From Trichodelitschia bisporula (Eukaryota), in the NCBI GenBank assembly GCA_010356995.1, contig ML996697.1, forward strand, positions 62,001 to 126,000: a DNA stretch of 64,000 nucleotides, in the 5' to 3' direction. The translations under genes were made by a program, and so were the position numbers. Under the pieces are notes generated by a model, which was given only the letters and a program-made list of their open reading frames with translations, was not told the origin of the DNA and searched no databases. Below are positions 23,135 through 36,811 of this stretch, one piece after another. Each line of letters begins with the position of its first letter. Position 1 is the first letter of the stretch.

Positions 23135-24728
23135 GCTTGATGGTGTGGGAGACAAGTACTTGATGCTGAAGGTAGAATGTGAGTTATGCTCTTCGTGGCG
23201 ACCGATTGAGAGGGCTTGCCAGTAAGATCGCAGAGTGATATTGGTACGAATGTTTCCGGGGCGAACTGATGTTCCTCTTCTGTGTCGCTCCGTCCGTGGG
23301 CTATTTGTATGTCGTTTGAGCTCACACGCTTGGTGACTATCGCACGATTGTAGGGCTTCAACTAGAGGGGCAAATAGCAGATATGACAGAAGATGCAGTT
23401 GTCTCGCAAAGACCGAAGAGCACCCACTTGCTTTGTGAAGCCTTCATACTGAAGTTGACACCTCAGCGAGTCTTCGATTTGTTGGCCACAATAGTTGGCC
23501 GGTTGGGTCCAGCTCGCTCGAAGCATCTCCAAGTCTCCTGTGCTCGGGATTAAGAAGCCGAGCAACGAATATACCGACACCCTTCTTCTGTCCAAGGGCA
23601 GATAGAACTCGAGGGAGACTGCTCAAGCCGCAAACATCTGTTAAGTCTCGAGTTCATGATTTCCGTAAGGTAGATGTCGATGGGGGGAAGGCCAGAGATC
23701 GACTTTCGGACTGTCAGCCAGAAATCAATGGTCAAGTCTCAACACAAACTCATACCCCATGCTCGACCTGAATAGGAGCACCCTCCCAAGTCCCTTCCAC
23801 CGTTAAATCAACAGTTTCAGAGTGTTCCGGTTCCGCTAGAAGCCGAATATGCACTTGAAAGAATAGCAGCAAATCCTCATCACTCCGAGTGTCGCCTTCC
23901 GGTGAGGTCGAGAACGACTCGGTCCCAGATCACATACGTCTAACAACAGCGTCAGTACGTCTGAGCAACAAGGAAGACGGGAACCTTTAAACTTAACCGT
24001 GCACCATTGTCAGTCGAGAGAGGTTGAGGTTCTGGGATGGCGAGCGACTCGAGGATGGTGGCAGAGAACAGCCATAAGTGAAAGAACGAACCAAGTGTCT
24101 CACCCAACGGTTCCGAACCAGAAGCCGTTGAAGCCCACGTCATACACCGATCCTGAGGCATCGGCCGCTGTATAGTCCTAACCCACGATCCACATCCCCT
24201 CAAACCATACACCGGAACAGATGCATTGTAGAAAGAAAACGCCGAGGATTCGATTTACTGACTGGCGGAGATGCCATTCCCGAGCACAGGCTCCCTAATT
24301 CTCCCATCCACATTATTAGCACGAGACATGACACACGCGGAACCCCATATAGAGCAGAAACAGTAGAGACAAAAAAGATTCTTTGAGCAAATCAGCCAGT
24401 AAGCCCCTTCCGTCGTAACTAGAAGCGGAGCCACCGAGTTCCAAGTTGCCAAAGATAAGGAAATCGCACCCGCCGCCTCCCAGTTGCCCATGATGTGTGA
24501 TACCCGCCTATAGATCCCATGCTCTCGACAAGCGCGAAAGAAAAATGCCCCGCACGTAAAAACCCTCAAAGGCAAGGCATAGAAGCTCAAGTAATAGCCA
24601 TGTCACTCGTAAGGTAATCGCCGCCCGTAAGGAAAACAGAAGCGCACACATGCCGACCACCACAACAACCACGCACGATAGCCCCTTCTAGCCTCCTCAC
24701 AAGTCCCAAGCCGAACAAGCCAGCCACC

Positions 24729-25175
24729 CTAGAGGCCCATCTCCTTATCGACCTTCTTGACCGTGAAGACAGCGTCCTGGCCCACCATGCGACGCGCAAG
24801 CGCCCGCTCCAGCTTCGCACCCAGCGCCAGCTTGCTCAGTTCCTCAGCCTTCATCTCGCTGGTGGTGTAGCGCTGCTTCTGCAGCCGGGCGTCGTCGAGG
24901 CGCGCCAGGCCCTGCGACAGCTGCCGGATGTCCTGCGCGAGCGGGCTGGCCTTCTCCGAGGGCGTCAGCGACGGCGACGAGCTGATGTGCGAGGGCGCGA
25001 TCGAGGGCGTGATGGTCGGCGTGGTGCTGTAGGTGGACAGGCGCGTCGAGACCCGCGTGCCGGCCTGAGCGGGCGGTGTCAGATTTTGCGGGCGGAGGGA
25101 CACGGATGTGGTTGCAGCACTCGTTCTAGGACTTACGGGGTTGTAGGGGGCGCGGTGGGGGATTTCGGCCATCAT
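24729..25175 (-). CDS. small hypothetical protein (148 aa), S/T/P-rich N-terminus and ordered C-terminal motif
   Basis: ATG-initiated ORF with strong coding codon bias. The C-terminal RLQKQRY...ELSKLALGAKLERALARRMVGQDAVF resembles a conserved fungal uncharacterised motif (from memory). Confidence 0.75.
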   Translation of the reverse strand: MMAEIPHRAPYNPVSPRTSAATTSVSLRPQNLTPPAQAGTRVSTRLSTYSTTPTITPSIAPSHISSSPSLTPSEKASPLAQDIRQLSQGLARLDDARLQKQRYTTSEMKAEELSKLALGAKLERALARRMVGQDAVFTVKKVDKEMGL

Positions 25176-28100
25176 GGTGAAGGAGGTGATGATGGGGTTG
25201 TTTGTGGGTGGGTGTTTTGGAGTTTGTAGTGCGGATGAGGCGTGGTGCGACGGGAGGGAGATCCGCGTGTTGACGATTTGGGGGGGCGATCGCGCGTGGA
25301 CAGGAAAAGGGCTAGGTGCTGAGGTGACGGGGGTGGCCCAAGGACGTTGATTTGAGATCGGCGCGAGTGAGATTGGGTGGTGTTAGGGTCAGGGTTGGGG
25401 AGTGTTCAGCAGGATGATGATGAAGAACGAGAGAGAAGATCGGCGGAGTGTGGAGAAGATGGTGTTGCTAGGGACGTGTCGGCAACGGTCTTGGAGGCGT
25501 GAGGTGAGTTTCACTGCGTGTGTAAGGAGCCGGATCGGGGAGGGGGCGAGGGCTGAGGAAGCGGCGCTCGGACTACCGGGGCTAAGGAGTAATGAAGATT
25601 TTAACAAAGGGAGGAGAGCGACGAATGGACAAGATTGACGAAAGTAGGGGGCACAGCTGCAGTTTATATTGCTTTCCTCGTCAGGTAGCTGCAGTGTGAA
25701 GTGGACCGCAGCTGGTGCAGAAATCGTATCCCCTAAGTGAGGGGAGGGATAGATAGGGAGACACGGGAGAGACACTTCGATAGCAACACTACCGTGGACT
25801 TTCAACCCCCGGATAAGCACTCTCCTTCACGGCTTCGCCTCCCAATTCCCAGTCCTTTACCTTGTAACCTCTTCCCTCCCCTCGTATATCCCCAGTTCCC
25901 CTCCTATGGATGCCCATTCCCACGTTCCCCCCCATGCTCCCACGCTTCCCACCGCCCCAGCCCGCAGCATCCCATCGCCTCCGCACCAGACAAGCACCCG
26001 CCATTGGCGCCTAGCCCTCTCCACCGCACGTGGCGCGCTCGATGTGCCGCCTCCAGGATCCCACGTGGAGGGCCTGGCCGACCGAAAAGCTCCACCTCAT
26101 TCGTCACCATCGCCTCGCCGATTGGATGTGATACACGGTCCGTCGTTGGACGTGCAGGAGGTTGCGCTTTTCTGGCTGCCGGCCGGACCGCTGTTGTGAG
26201 ACGCGGGCGCACTTGGAGCACGCGAGGAGAGCTGGAATGGTCCTTGGTCCGTCTGCCCTTGGGGAATGCCAGGGAGTGGGATCCCGTTGCCATGTGCTTT
26301 TTTACCGCGGACCTGCGACACTGGGCGTCAATTGGCTTTCTGCGTGCTTGTTGGCCATCATTACCAGTAAACCGCCCTGTCTGTCCGCTTTCTCGGCTCT
26401 GCATCTCCTGGCGTGCATCACGCTGAGGCAGCTGTAGCCGCGCTGCCCATGAAGTGAGGTGTGCGACAGCAGTTTGACATACGCCACCGCTGCAGGATAG
26501 GCCTGGTCGATTTGAAATCTGCGTTTAGGTTTATTGATTGCCTTTTCTCCTCTTTCAACTCTCTGGTGCTCGTTCCTGCTGACAGCTTTCAATTGGGATT
26601 GATAGGGCTTATTGTTGTTGTTGCATCGCTGATGTTCGCCCCTCGCCAACGTCATCACTCCTTGCCTCGTCACCGCTCTGTGAGACAAGAACGTTCAGGA
26701 CCTGAACAATGCCATCAATATCAGTCTTGGCGCTTTGATCTGCGAGTGGAGATCCGGCGAGCCGAGTCGCGCGACACTTCACCGCAGAAACTCCCCTCTC
26801 GGATCGGCAGTTTTCAGACACCGGTAAGACCCACCGGGTCTGGGTTCTATGGCATTTGACAATTCCGATGAAGTAAATGCGATGAACGAGGTGCGGGACA
26901 TCAAATATCGTACGGTAGACGGTGACTTGGAGATATCGAAGCTTGGGCAACTGTGTTGGGCTGGTAAAGTTGAAGACGCTATTGAATTTTGGCATTGCGC
27001 TGACTCTCGGTGGATCCCATAACTCGAGACGACATGCCCGACGCATCGGCATACTTTGCATGAGCAACCTTCACATGTACACCTATCCGTTGGAGTAGAC
27101 AGGGCACTTTGGAGACGGTCACAACGCCGACAAGTAGACCATATGTCGTGCGGAACAGGAGATATCGTGTCCTCGACAAGTACAAGACCGGAAGCGTGGA
27201 ATATACGGCTTAATCGCCTACGGTTCCATCGAGCTCTAGTCTGTCAAGGCATCCGCTTACGGCCACCTTTCACTTCCAACGTAGTTACTCAGGACAAAGA
27301 TACGGAGTTACAACAGAGCTCGCCAATCGGCAAGTATCAGCGTGTCGAGTATCATGACACCATCGCAAAATCGTACTCGGCAATCACAGTCACAAAGCCG
27401 CAGTTGGCCTTCGCACCCTCAACGGCTAAGTCGCTCCATTGCCGCCAACCCCTCCGGCGCATCCTACCCATACCATCCTCCGACTCTAACCCGAAAACCC
27501 TTCTCCGGTCTCCCCGCAAGGATTTCCCTCGCCCGGGCACTAGCACACCACATGCCGCGTCCGGCCCGGCTCGCGCTCAGTCATTTTGCTTACCATGCCA
27601 CCATGCACCTTATGCACAGTTTCATCTGTGGTGGGAGCGGTATGGTGATCGCAGTTGACCTCGTAGTGGGCGTGTGAACCGAACGGGGTGCGTACGAACA
27701 TGACGTCGTTGGTACTCGGATTTATGTGGTATATCGCGAAGCGCCAAGAGGGAATGGACGTACTTCTAGTGTGAAAGCAGCGCGAACACGATTAGAGCAA
27801 GCCCTGTGATGTTTGGTGTGAGCGAGCTGGACATATGCAAAGGCCTGGGAGTCATTTGGAGTGTAACAGTGCATGGCTTTGGGCACCTTCGTTTGATTGT
27901 GGCTTCAGAGCGAGAATGAGGACGAGTCTGGCGGCGAATAGAACGGTAAAGGGCCTTATTGACTTTGAACTGCCATCTTGGCCTCTCGAATATCATGTCG
28001 CTGCTTTCGTTTAAGAGCTCAGTGTCCTGGTGTTGAACCGAGGCCCGCTTGAAACTTACGAGCGTATGGATCCGCTTCTTACGCCATCCCGGAATACAGC

Positions 28101-29467
28101 ATCAGAGGAAAGAGAAAGACATCATTGTCCAAGTACGGCCCATCACGAAGCAGCCTCATTCCCGTGACCGGTCAGCCTTGTGGTCAAATGAGGAAATCAT
28201 CGGCACTGCGCGCCAGAGACTTGCATCGAGGCAAAGACAGCAAACTAGGCGCACGCGCAGCACTTAAGAATGATATTCCGGTACCACGTATTGGAATAGT
28301 GCTGGTGCTTGGATGTGCAGTAAGAAGTGAAGTCGAAGGGGGGCCGGCATTACACGGCGATTTCGAGCCGAGATTCCAAGGCCCTGGAGCACCTCGTGGG
28401 CCGGCAAGACGCGGCACAACCTTGTCTCTGCCGAGCCGGCAATGTCCAGTCGAGGCTTCTGGAAGTGATGGACCAGTTACCCCACCCCAAAAACAATCAA
28501 ATGATGAACCGGGGCGCTACGAAGCATTCGAAGGGAAGGATTGCGGTCCGCAAGCTTCACGCAAAGTTCGACTACGCAGCCGGAGAATTGAGCGCTTTGA
28601 CCGAGAACGGTAGAGACTGGAAGAAGGATTAGCACGGTTGCTGACCTCATGGAGAAGTGTGGCGCGAAGCTCCAAACAGTGCGCCCAGTCTGGGGAAATG
28701 GGGAAGCTTGAGTGTGAACAAAGTCAGCGAGTTGGACAAATACAATTTACCAGAGAAGCAGACGGGAAGATGGAGCAGATAACTGTCTTGGTATGGTATA
28801 GATGAAGTCTTGTCACTTGATTCCACATGGATGGAGAGGATTAGCAGTGGCACGAGGTGGAAAGAAGGAACTCGAAGGAGGAGATGGAGGAACGGGGCTT
28901 GGCAGATAATGCTCGGTTCAAGGCTTTTTCGCACAAGCACGCGTCAGGCCTAGCGCCTTTTCTGCCTGTCTTCCTCGCTCTGCCAAAATTCTTCCTTCTT
29001 TCCCCGTTCACCAACCTCTCTCTTCATCACCTCTCCCGCTTCACAACCATCCTCGAATCCAGAAAGCCACTTCTTTCTCACACTCCCAGCACTCCATCAA
29101 TCGCGCATCCACAATCTCCCCTCGCAAAAGTTTCATTCCCCATCCTCGTCGCAGTCTGCTATCACCAACCCTTCCTGCCAAACCTCTCACTGCTGGCACC
29201 CCATCCACTTCCTCCCACCCGACTCAAAAGCTCAAAACTCTGCACCCCGCTTCATACTCTCTTCTACCCTCTATCACCCGCACCTGCCTCCATTCCCCAT
29301 CACTTGCTCCTGCACCGTCGAACTCACCCTCAGTTCTTTGCTGCTCTCCCTGTCCACCTATCCTCATTACTGCATCAGCATCCTTCACGAGTATCTGCTC
29401 ATCCAATCGCGAAACTTCCATCCTCATTCACACTTAATTACACGTTCACCTCCGTCTGTCGTCCAAG

Positions 29468-31229
29468 ATGGCCACTGAGCAGTCCACCATGCCCGTCAAC
29501 GGCAACTATCCCCCTCACCAACCCGGCCCCTACGCTGCCACGGACAACTCCACCGCGTCTCAGCAACAGAACAATGGTGCCGGCTACACGCCCGCTACCC
29601 AAGCCTCCACCAGCAGCGCTGATAAGATCCCGAAGGAGGAAGTTGCGTGGTACTTCGTGGAACAATACTACACGACGCTGAGCCGTAGCCCGGAAAAACT
29701 CTGGGTGCGTTTGTCTGCCATTCACTGCGCGTAGTTGCTAACTTTGGTATAGCTCTTCTTCAACAAGCGCTCTACCTTTGTCACCGGTGTTGAGGAGGAG
29801 AAGTCCACCGTCGCCGTCGGTCAAAAGGTTGGTCACGTCATGGAACAATTTTGTAGCATTTACTAATGACATGAAGGCCATCAACCAGAAGATCAAGGAG
29901 CTCGATTACCAGGACTGTAAAGTTCGCGTCACGAACGTGGATTCGCAGGGTTCTGGAGAGAACATTGTCATTCAGGTCATTGGCGAGATGTCAAACAAGG
30001 CTTCTCGCACGCGCAAGTTCGTTCAAACTTTCGTCCTCGCCGAGCAGGTGCAACCCAGCGGATACTTTGTGCTGAACGATATCTTCCGGTACCTTCGCGA
30101 GGAAGATAGTGACCGCGAAGAGGAGCTCGAGGCTTCGGCTGCGTCTAGCGGCCACCAGGAGCCAGTTCCTACGGCCGCCGATTCCGCTGCCGCTTCCACG
30201 GAGACCGTTGCCCAGGAGCCTGAGGCGGTCGAGATCACCAAGAAGCTCGACGAGGTCGCCCAGGAGGATAATGCTGCTGAGGAAGCCACTCCCGAGGTCA
30301 ACGGCACGCCTGCTGAGGAGCCTGCTGCCGCCCCTGCTGAGGAGCCCGCTGCCCCTGCCGAGACTCCCGCTCCGAAGGAGTCCAAGGCCGCTGAGGCGGA
30401 GACTGCCACCCCCGAGGCTCCCGCTGAGAAGGCGGCACCTGCTCCTACTCCGGCTCCGGCTCCCAAGGCGTCGCCGAAGCCTCCTAAGCCGGCTGTCCCC
30501 AAGACCTGGGCCCAGCTTGCTAGCGCCAACCGCGCCGCTGCCGCCGCTGCCACTCCCGCAACGCCTGCTGCGCCCGCTGCTGCTCAGCCCAAGGCCGCTG
30601 CCCCGGCTCCTGCTGCTCCCGCTGCCCCGGCTGCTACCCAGACGCCCCCCGCTCGCGAACCCTCCCCCACTGGTAGCCAGCAGGATGCTGGTTGGCAGAC
30701 TGCCGGTGCCGACCACAGCCGCAAGCAGTCGCGTGCGCAGGCCCAGCCTGCCGTCGGTGAGAATGGGCGTGTCCGCGCCTACGTCAAGAACGTGTACCCG
30801 TCTGTCGACGCCGATGAGCTGAAGGCTCACCTTGCCAAATTCGGCGAGCTGTTCTACTTCGACGTCAGCCGCCAGAAGGTGTGTTTGCCATGATCCATTG
30901 CTTTATATTTTCTAATTCCGGTTTAGAACAGCGCGTTTGTCGAGTTCTCTAACATTGCCGGCTTCAACGCCGCTGTTGCCGCCAACCCCCATAAGTTCGG
31001 CAACGACAATGTCTACGTCGAGGAGCGCCGCACTCCTGGTGGCTTCGCCCCCCGCGGTGGTGCCCGTGGCGGTCGTGGTGGTTTTGAGGGCCGTGGCCAG
31101 GCTCCCCGCACCTTCGGCGGTGGCAAGGAGGGCCCCCGTGGAGGTGGCTTCAACGCCCCGGCCGGCCGCGGTGCTCGCGGTAGTGGAGTGGGTGCGCGTG
31201 GTGGTCGTGGCGCTCCGCAGGCCGCCTAA
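29468..31229 (+). CDS. NTF2 + RRM + RGG protein (Bre5/Nxt3/G3BP-like); introns 29705..29752, 29828..29876, 30879..30926
   Basis: NTF2 domain VAWYFVEQYYTTL...FVQTFVLAEQ...GYFVLNDIFRY, PKTWA motif, RRM (AYVKNV..AFVEF..VEERR) and an RGG tail. Three canonical introns keep frame. Confidence 0.93.
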
Positions 31230-32177
31230 ATGGTGGTTTCCTTCAACACATGCGGGAAGCTATATAATACCCCTTTATATAGCTAACTGAGCCGTGTAGC
31301 GGGTAAAAGTTTTGAGTGTCTCTTATTGGTTGTATCGGTGGGGACGGGATGGGATGGAATGGAATGGGTCTACGGTATGGAGTGTTTAAGGGGTACTTGT
31401 GTCTCGATGCATAGCGCTGCTTTCTCCGGTTTGCACAAGGCATGACTATAGTCGTATTTTCCTTTGAGTTTTCGATGCGGCTGGTGGAGTGCTGTGTGGG
31501 TGGGGCTTGAGGGGCAAGTGGGGTGGGTAAAGTGGTTGTGAGGATGGTTTTTCTGGGACGCGGGAATGGGCGGGGGGGGTTCTCTCGCTTCTCGCTGTAT
31601 ATCCTGGGTTTCTTGCTGAGGGGATGTGTGCAGTGGTTAAGGGGAGGGAGTGGGGACGGGAAGGGAAGGGACGAGAGGTTCAAGTGGTTTTTCCATGTGA
31701 GATTCGGTTGTCGTGTCGTCGCTTTCGATCGGCTTTTTTGTCATGCGTGGGTGTCTCTTTCGCCTGGGGCATGCTTTTGTGTGTAAAATAGCATGGTGTG
31801 GTTGTACGATAGACACGGACGGGCGGGAATTATGAGATGGGAGATATGGAATTTTCGAACCGACTTCTGCAGTGTACGTGGACGGTAAGTTGGGAGCGGG
31901 AATGCTCTTCCCTCGAGATGGCATGGCGGCACAAAGGCATAATCGGATCATGATCAACCAGTAGGTAGAAAGGCATCACAAAGTAAAGCCAACATCTCCA
32001 CAAACACCAGAGTATCTAATCCCATGCATTATCCCGCCAACACACCACTAACTAAGCCCCCAAAACGAAGTTACCCTACCCTCCTATCCCAAATCAGAAA
32101 TCCAAGCCCACAGGACCCCCCTGCCCTCTTGTATACCCAACAAACCCCCTAGAAAAACCAAAACTACCTAACACCTA

Positions 32178-35100
32178 CTACAACCACCGCCGCTTCCACC
32201 CGCCTGGAATCCCCACTCCACCACCACCTTCACTGGTCGACGTCGACGCGCTGCTGCCGCTCGACCTGGACGGCGGATCCACCGTCACTGTCACTGTAAC
32301 TGGCGTCGGGCAATTCGATGGGAGCGAGAAGGTATCCGACGCTGATGAGGATGTCGTGTCGGACGCAGTGTCAGACGCCGAAGTGCTGGTGGCCGTGTCC
32401 GATGCCGATGTGCTGGTGGCTGTGTCCGAGGCCGTGTCCGTCGCCGATGTGCTCGTCGGCGTGGCGGTGGGGTTGCTAACCGTGCTCGCCGGCGACGCGG
32501 TGTCGCCCGAGCTCGTGGCGGATGAGCTATCGGTGGCGCTGCTGTCGGAGGCCGTGGTGGTGGTGGTCGTGGCGCTGTCCGTTGCAGAGGAGGAGTCCGT
32601 TGCAGACGAGCCCGTTGCAGACGAATCCGTTGCAGAGGAGGAGTCCGTTGCAGACGAGCCTGTTGCAGACGAGGAGTCCGTTGCAGAGGAGGAGTCCGTT
32701 GCAGACGAGCCTGTTGCAGACGAGGAGTCCATCACAGAGGAGGAGTCCGTTGCAGACGAGCCCGTTGCAGACGAGGAGTCTGTAGCAGACGATGAGCTCT
32801 GCTCAGACGCGGTACTATCCGAGCTTGTCGAGCTCGAAGCGCTTGAAGCTACAGACGACGAGGATGTACTTGCTGAGCTAGTCGCAGAGTCCGAGGAGCT
32901 AGCTGATGAGCTCTCCGACGAGCTTGCCGAGGAACTGGTCGAAGAGCTGGTTGGGGCGGACGAGATGCTCGAGGAGCTCGTCGATGCCGATGAACTTGCC
33001 GAGCTGCTTGAATTGGTTGACGAATCGACTGACGAGCTTTGCGAACTTGAGGTACTCGAAGCTGCCGACGAGAACGTGGTGGCAGAGGGGCTCTCCGACG
33101 AGCTCGCCGACGAGCTGATTGAGCTGGCCGACGAGCTGATCGAGGAGCTTGCGGACGAGCCGGTCGAGGAGCTTACGGACGAGCTTTCCGAGGAACTGGT
33201 AGAGCTAGACGGGGCGGACAACCTAGCCGACGAGCTTCGTGGAGGAGCCAGCAGAAGAGCTAGGAGAAGAGCTGGCCGACGAGGTATCGCTGGAACCCGC
33301 TGAAGAACTCGTGGACGAGCTAGCAGGAGTGCGGGTCGATGAGCTTGCCGCGGAGCTAGTGGATGAGCTGGCCGAGGAACTGGCGGATGAGCTCGTCGAC
33401 GAACTGGCGGACACGGTATCTGAGGAGCTCGCCGAAGAACTCGTGGAGGAGCTTTCAGAGGAGCTAGTGGATGAGGTTGGGGGGGGGGTGGCTGACGAGC
33501 TGGAAGAAGAGCTGGTCGACAAGCTGACCGAAGAGCTCGAGGATAAGCTTGTCGACGAACTAGCTAACGCAGTATCGGAAGAGCTCGCCGAAGAACTCGT
33601 GGAGGAGCTAGCTGATGAGCTGGTCGACGATCTGGCAGGTGAGCTGGTCGACGAGCTAGCAGAAGAGCTGGTCGACGAGCTGGCAGATGAGCTTGAAGGT
33701 GAGCTTGTCGACGAACTAGCGGACGCAGTATCGGAAGAGCTCGCCGAAGAACTCGTGAAAGAGCTAGCAGACGAGTTGGTCGAAGAGCTCGCGGATGAGC
33801 TGCTCGAGGTGCTTGCAGATGAACTGACAGACGAGCTTATGGAGGAGCTGGCAGACGAGCTTGTGGAGGAGCTAGTCGACGAAATGGCAGAGGCGGTATC
33901 CGAAGAACTGGCCGAGGAGCTGGTCGAGGAGCTTGCTGACGAGCTCGTGAATGAGCTAGCGGATGAACTCGTGAATGAGCTAGCGGATGAACTCGTCGAA
34001 GAGCTTGCAGATGAACCGGCAGACGAGCTGGTCGGCGAGCTGGTCGACAAACTTGCGGACGAGCTCGTTGACGAACTAGCGGACGCGGTATCTGAGGAAC
34101 TTGTGGAGGAGCTAGCAAATGAGCTCGTGGAACTCGCCAAGGAGCTGGTCGAGGAGCTGGTCGACGAACTTGCTGGCGAACTGGTTGACAAACTAGCGGA
34201 TGAGCTCGTGGAACTCGCCGATGAACTGGCCGAGGAGCCGGTCGAGGAGCTAGCAGAAGAGCTTGTAGATGAGCTTGTAGACGAGCTGATCGAAGCGCTG
34301 GTCGAGGAGCTGGTGGAAGAACTTGTAGGCGAGCTTGTTGACGAGCTTGCGGAAGCACTGGTTGAGGAGCTGGTAGAAGAACTTGTAGGCGAGCTTGTGG
34401 ACGAGCTGGTCGAAGAGCTGGCCGAGGAACTTGTTGACGAGCTCGTCGATGAACTGGTCGAGGAACTTGCTGACGAGCTTGTCGACGAACTTGAAGATGT
34501 TGGAGACGATGTCGAAGATGACGAGGATGATGAAGTCGAAATAGATGAAGAAATTGGAGAAGACGTCGAAGATGATGAAGACGAAGATGAAGATGAAGAT
34601 GAAGAAGACGACAATGAAGACGAAGAAGATGAGGACGAGGAGGACGACGAAGAAGATGAAGACGACGAGGCCGAAGACGCAGTTGTCGATAACGGGTTGT
34701 CACTAACGTTGCCGATAAGCCACCCACTGTGTACATTGGCCGCCGCCTTCGGCAGCCCGCTGCCCCCCTTCTAGAAGCACGAGGCACCCGACGCCACGGA
34801 CGATGAATAGACAGCAACACTGCAGCCCGTCAAGGTGTAATTAGCCGAGCAGCGCTCCATGCACGTCGTCAAGTTGGTCGACGGGAAAGTCGTCGACAAT
34901 CCCTGGTACTGCAGCGCGGGAAGCGTACTGTCGACCGAGTATTTGACCTGGAAGATCTGGTTGTCGGACGTCGTATAGTAACTCGAGTTCGAGTAACCCC
35001 AGCATGTTGTCGTTTGCCGTACCCCCTTGTTGCTGACGTGTCCAAGGAGCCGAACTTGTTTTCGATCTCCGCCCGCTTTTGGGGCGTGATGCCCAGTTCT

Positions 35101-35207
35101 ACGGGATCGACGGCCTTGGGCCATTTTGGTACGGCGGCAACGAGAGACGAAAAGATGAGAAGGGCCCATAGCCAAAAGCTGGCTCGCCGGGAATCAAGGC
35201 CTACCAT
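32178..35207 (-). pseudogene. disrupted secreted Ser/Thr-rich mucin-like gene with an N-terminal Cys-containing (PAN/apple-like) domain
   Basis: Signal peptide ORF from 35207, a 1-nt frameshift near 35007, an in-frame TAG at 34771-34773, ~500 Ser-rich codons, a second 1-nt frameshift near 33237, then an S/T/D-rich ORF to 32178. Confidence 0.7.
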
Positions 35208-35690
35208 GGTGGCCGCTGAGAAAATGGCCTAAAAAGAAAGACAAGACACAGTCACTATGCTAAGGGAAATACAAATGCCAAAAACGAGTGGCGGCGTGGT
35301 GTCAGGATTTGGCGGGAGGAATCAGGGATGGATTTAGGCAGGAACGGTTGACAGATGAGCCTCGCCCCGACAAGCCTTTTACATGCGATCCTACGACAGC
35401 ATAGCTTGTTTACACGCGTTAGCATGTTGCGGTGCGTTGGTGGAATGGAGTTGCGGTGCGGAATGGGCGCCCTGCCGCGCCTACACGCCACCCCTATCAG
35501 CCAAGTTAGCGGAGATCAAGCCATATCCACGGCAACGCGGCATTCTCAAGGTCGCTGATCAGCACAAGCATGCGGGAGAAGAAATGAATTGCTGTAGTAA
35601 CAGAGGGGACTTCGAACGCGCTTGCTAAGCGGCCGCGAGGCTGCCATTGCAGGGAGACCTCCTTGCCGCGGCCGCGTTTATCCCACCTGC

Positions 35691-36811
35691 TCAGATCTTT
35701 GCCGCGCGCAATTTTGAACTATCCATGCGGCGGCCTTCGTCGTCTTGCTCAGCTACCCTCAAATCTGGGAGCTGCGCTGGCATGATCCGTCGCGGTTCGG
35801 CGCCCTCAACAAGGGAGTACTTGGAAAAGTCGGTGACACCAACTGTGCGCAAAAAGTCTTCATCAAGCTCTAGTGAGCCGTTCACTTGGGACGTCGGGGC
35901 GCGTATCATGGCCAGGATGGCATCGGAAAAAATGGTCTGATGGCTATTAGTTGCCGCATCCTGCGCGAAGATGAAAACTTGCCGGTTTCCGAAGCTCCCG
36001 CCTATCGGTTTGGGGATTCTGAGTTGCCGCAGACTCGATGGCGGCTGCAGGCCAGATACTTGTAATCGCCATTCCCGTTTTGCCTTCGCGCTCCCAGTCC
36101 ATGGCCAGCCCCTTTGTCAAAACTGACATGCCGACTTTGCCCATGGCATACGCAGTTTTACCACGGAAGAAGCGCGAATAGATTGGCGGGCTGACGACGA
36201 TTATGCGGCCGACCCAGTTGTTCTTTTCGAAGTGCGGCAGGGCAGCCTGAACCGTCCCGTATAGCCCTAAAAGTATGTTAGCACCATCGGCGCCACCTTT
36301 CACTTTCACCGTACCTTCGATATTGACTTTCTGCATGAGCTGAAACCGCTTCATCGGCGAGTTTTGCACTGACGCCCACCAAATGGCTCCAGGATTGTAA
36401 ATCAGCACATCCAGCCGGCCGTACTTCTTCACAGTCCCATCAACCATACGAATGATGCTCTCATAATCACGCGTATCTACGGGGATGGCGGTCGCTTCGC
36501 CGCCGGCTTCCTTAATCTCGCGCACGACGGTGCTGATTGTGGACTGGGACGAGTTCGGGTTTGGGGGGAAAGGATTGGCCTTGGATGCATCGGACACGGT
36601 TTTGGCGGCGACGACAACTGAGAGGTGAGTTAGTCGGCGGTTTGGAGGCTTTTTGGCTTTGATGTACCTGCATAGCCGTTCCTGTGCCGCACGTTAGCTT
36701 TCGATGTTGAGCTCGAGGTTGAGCAGGAACAAACCTTGCAAGGTCGATGGCAATCTGTCTGCCGATGCCCCTCGACGCACCAACAACAAGTGCAACCTGT
36801 ATAGGTGCCAT
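35691..36811 (-). CDS. short-chain dehydrogenase/reductase, HSDL2-like, C-terminal AKI (PTS1-like); four introns, the last (35937..35982) GC-AG
   Basis: VGASRGIG Rossmann motif, VVVAAKT, GRLDVLIYNPGAI, catalytic YAMGK, SIWPA..IES.A and RKP|TIFSDAI. Confidence 0.9.

Noticed and set aside
22810..23163. 117-aa ORF
   Set aside because: Overlaps the 5S rRNA gene antisense; chance ORF.
25389..29427. Numerous 60-270 aa ORFs between the divergent genes
   Set aside because: No recognisable motifs or coding bias; 28857..29681 mostly reflects the pyrimidine-rich leader of the NTF2 gene.
32356..34774. Long + strand acidic ORFs (EELVDELA repeats, 315 and 511 aa)
   Set aside because: Antisense shadow of the Ser-rich minus-strand gene, which carries the signal peptide and Cys domain.
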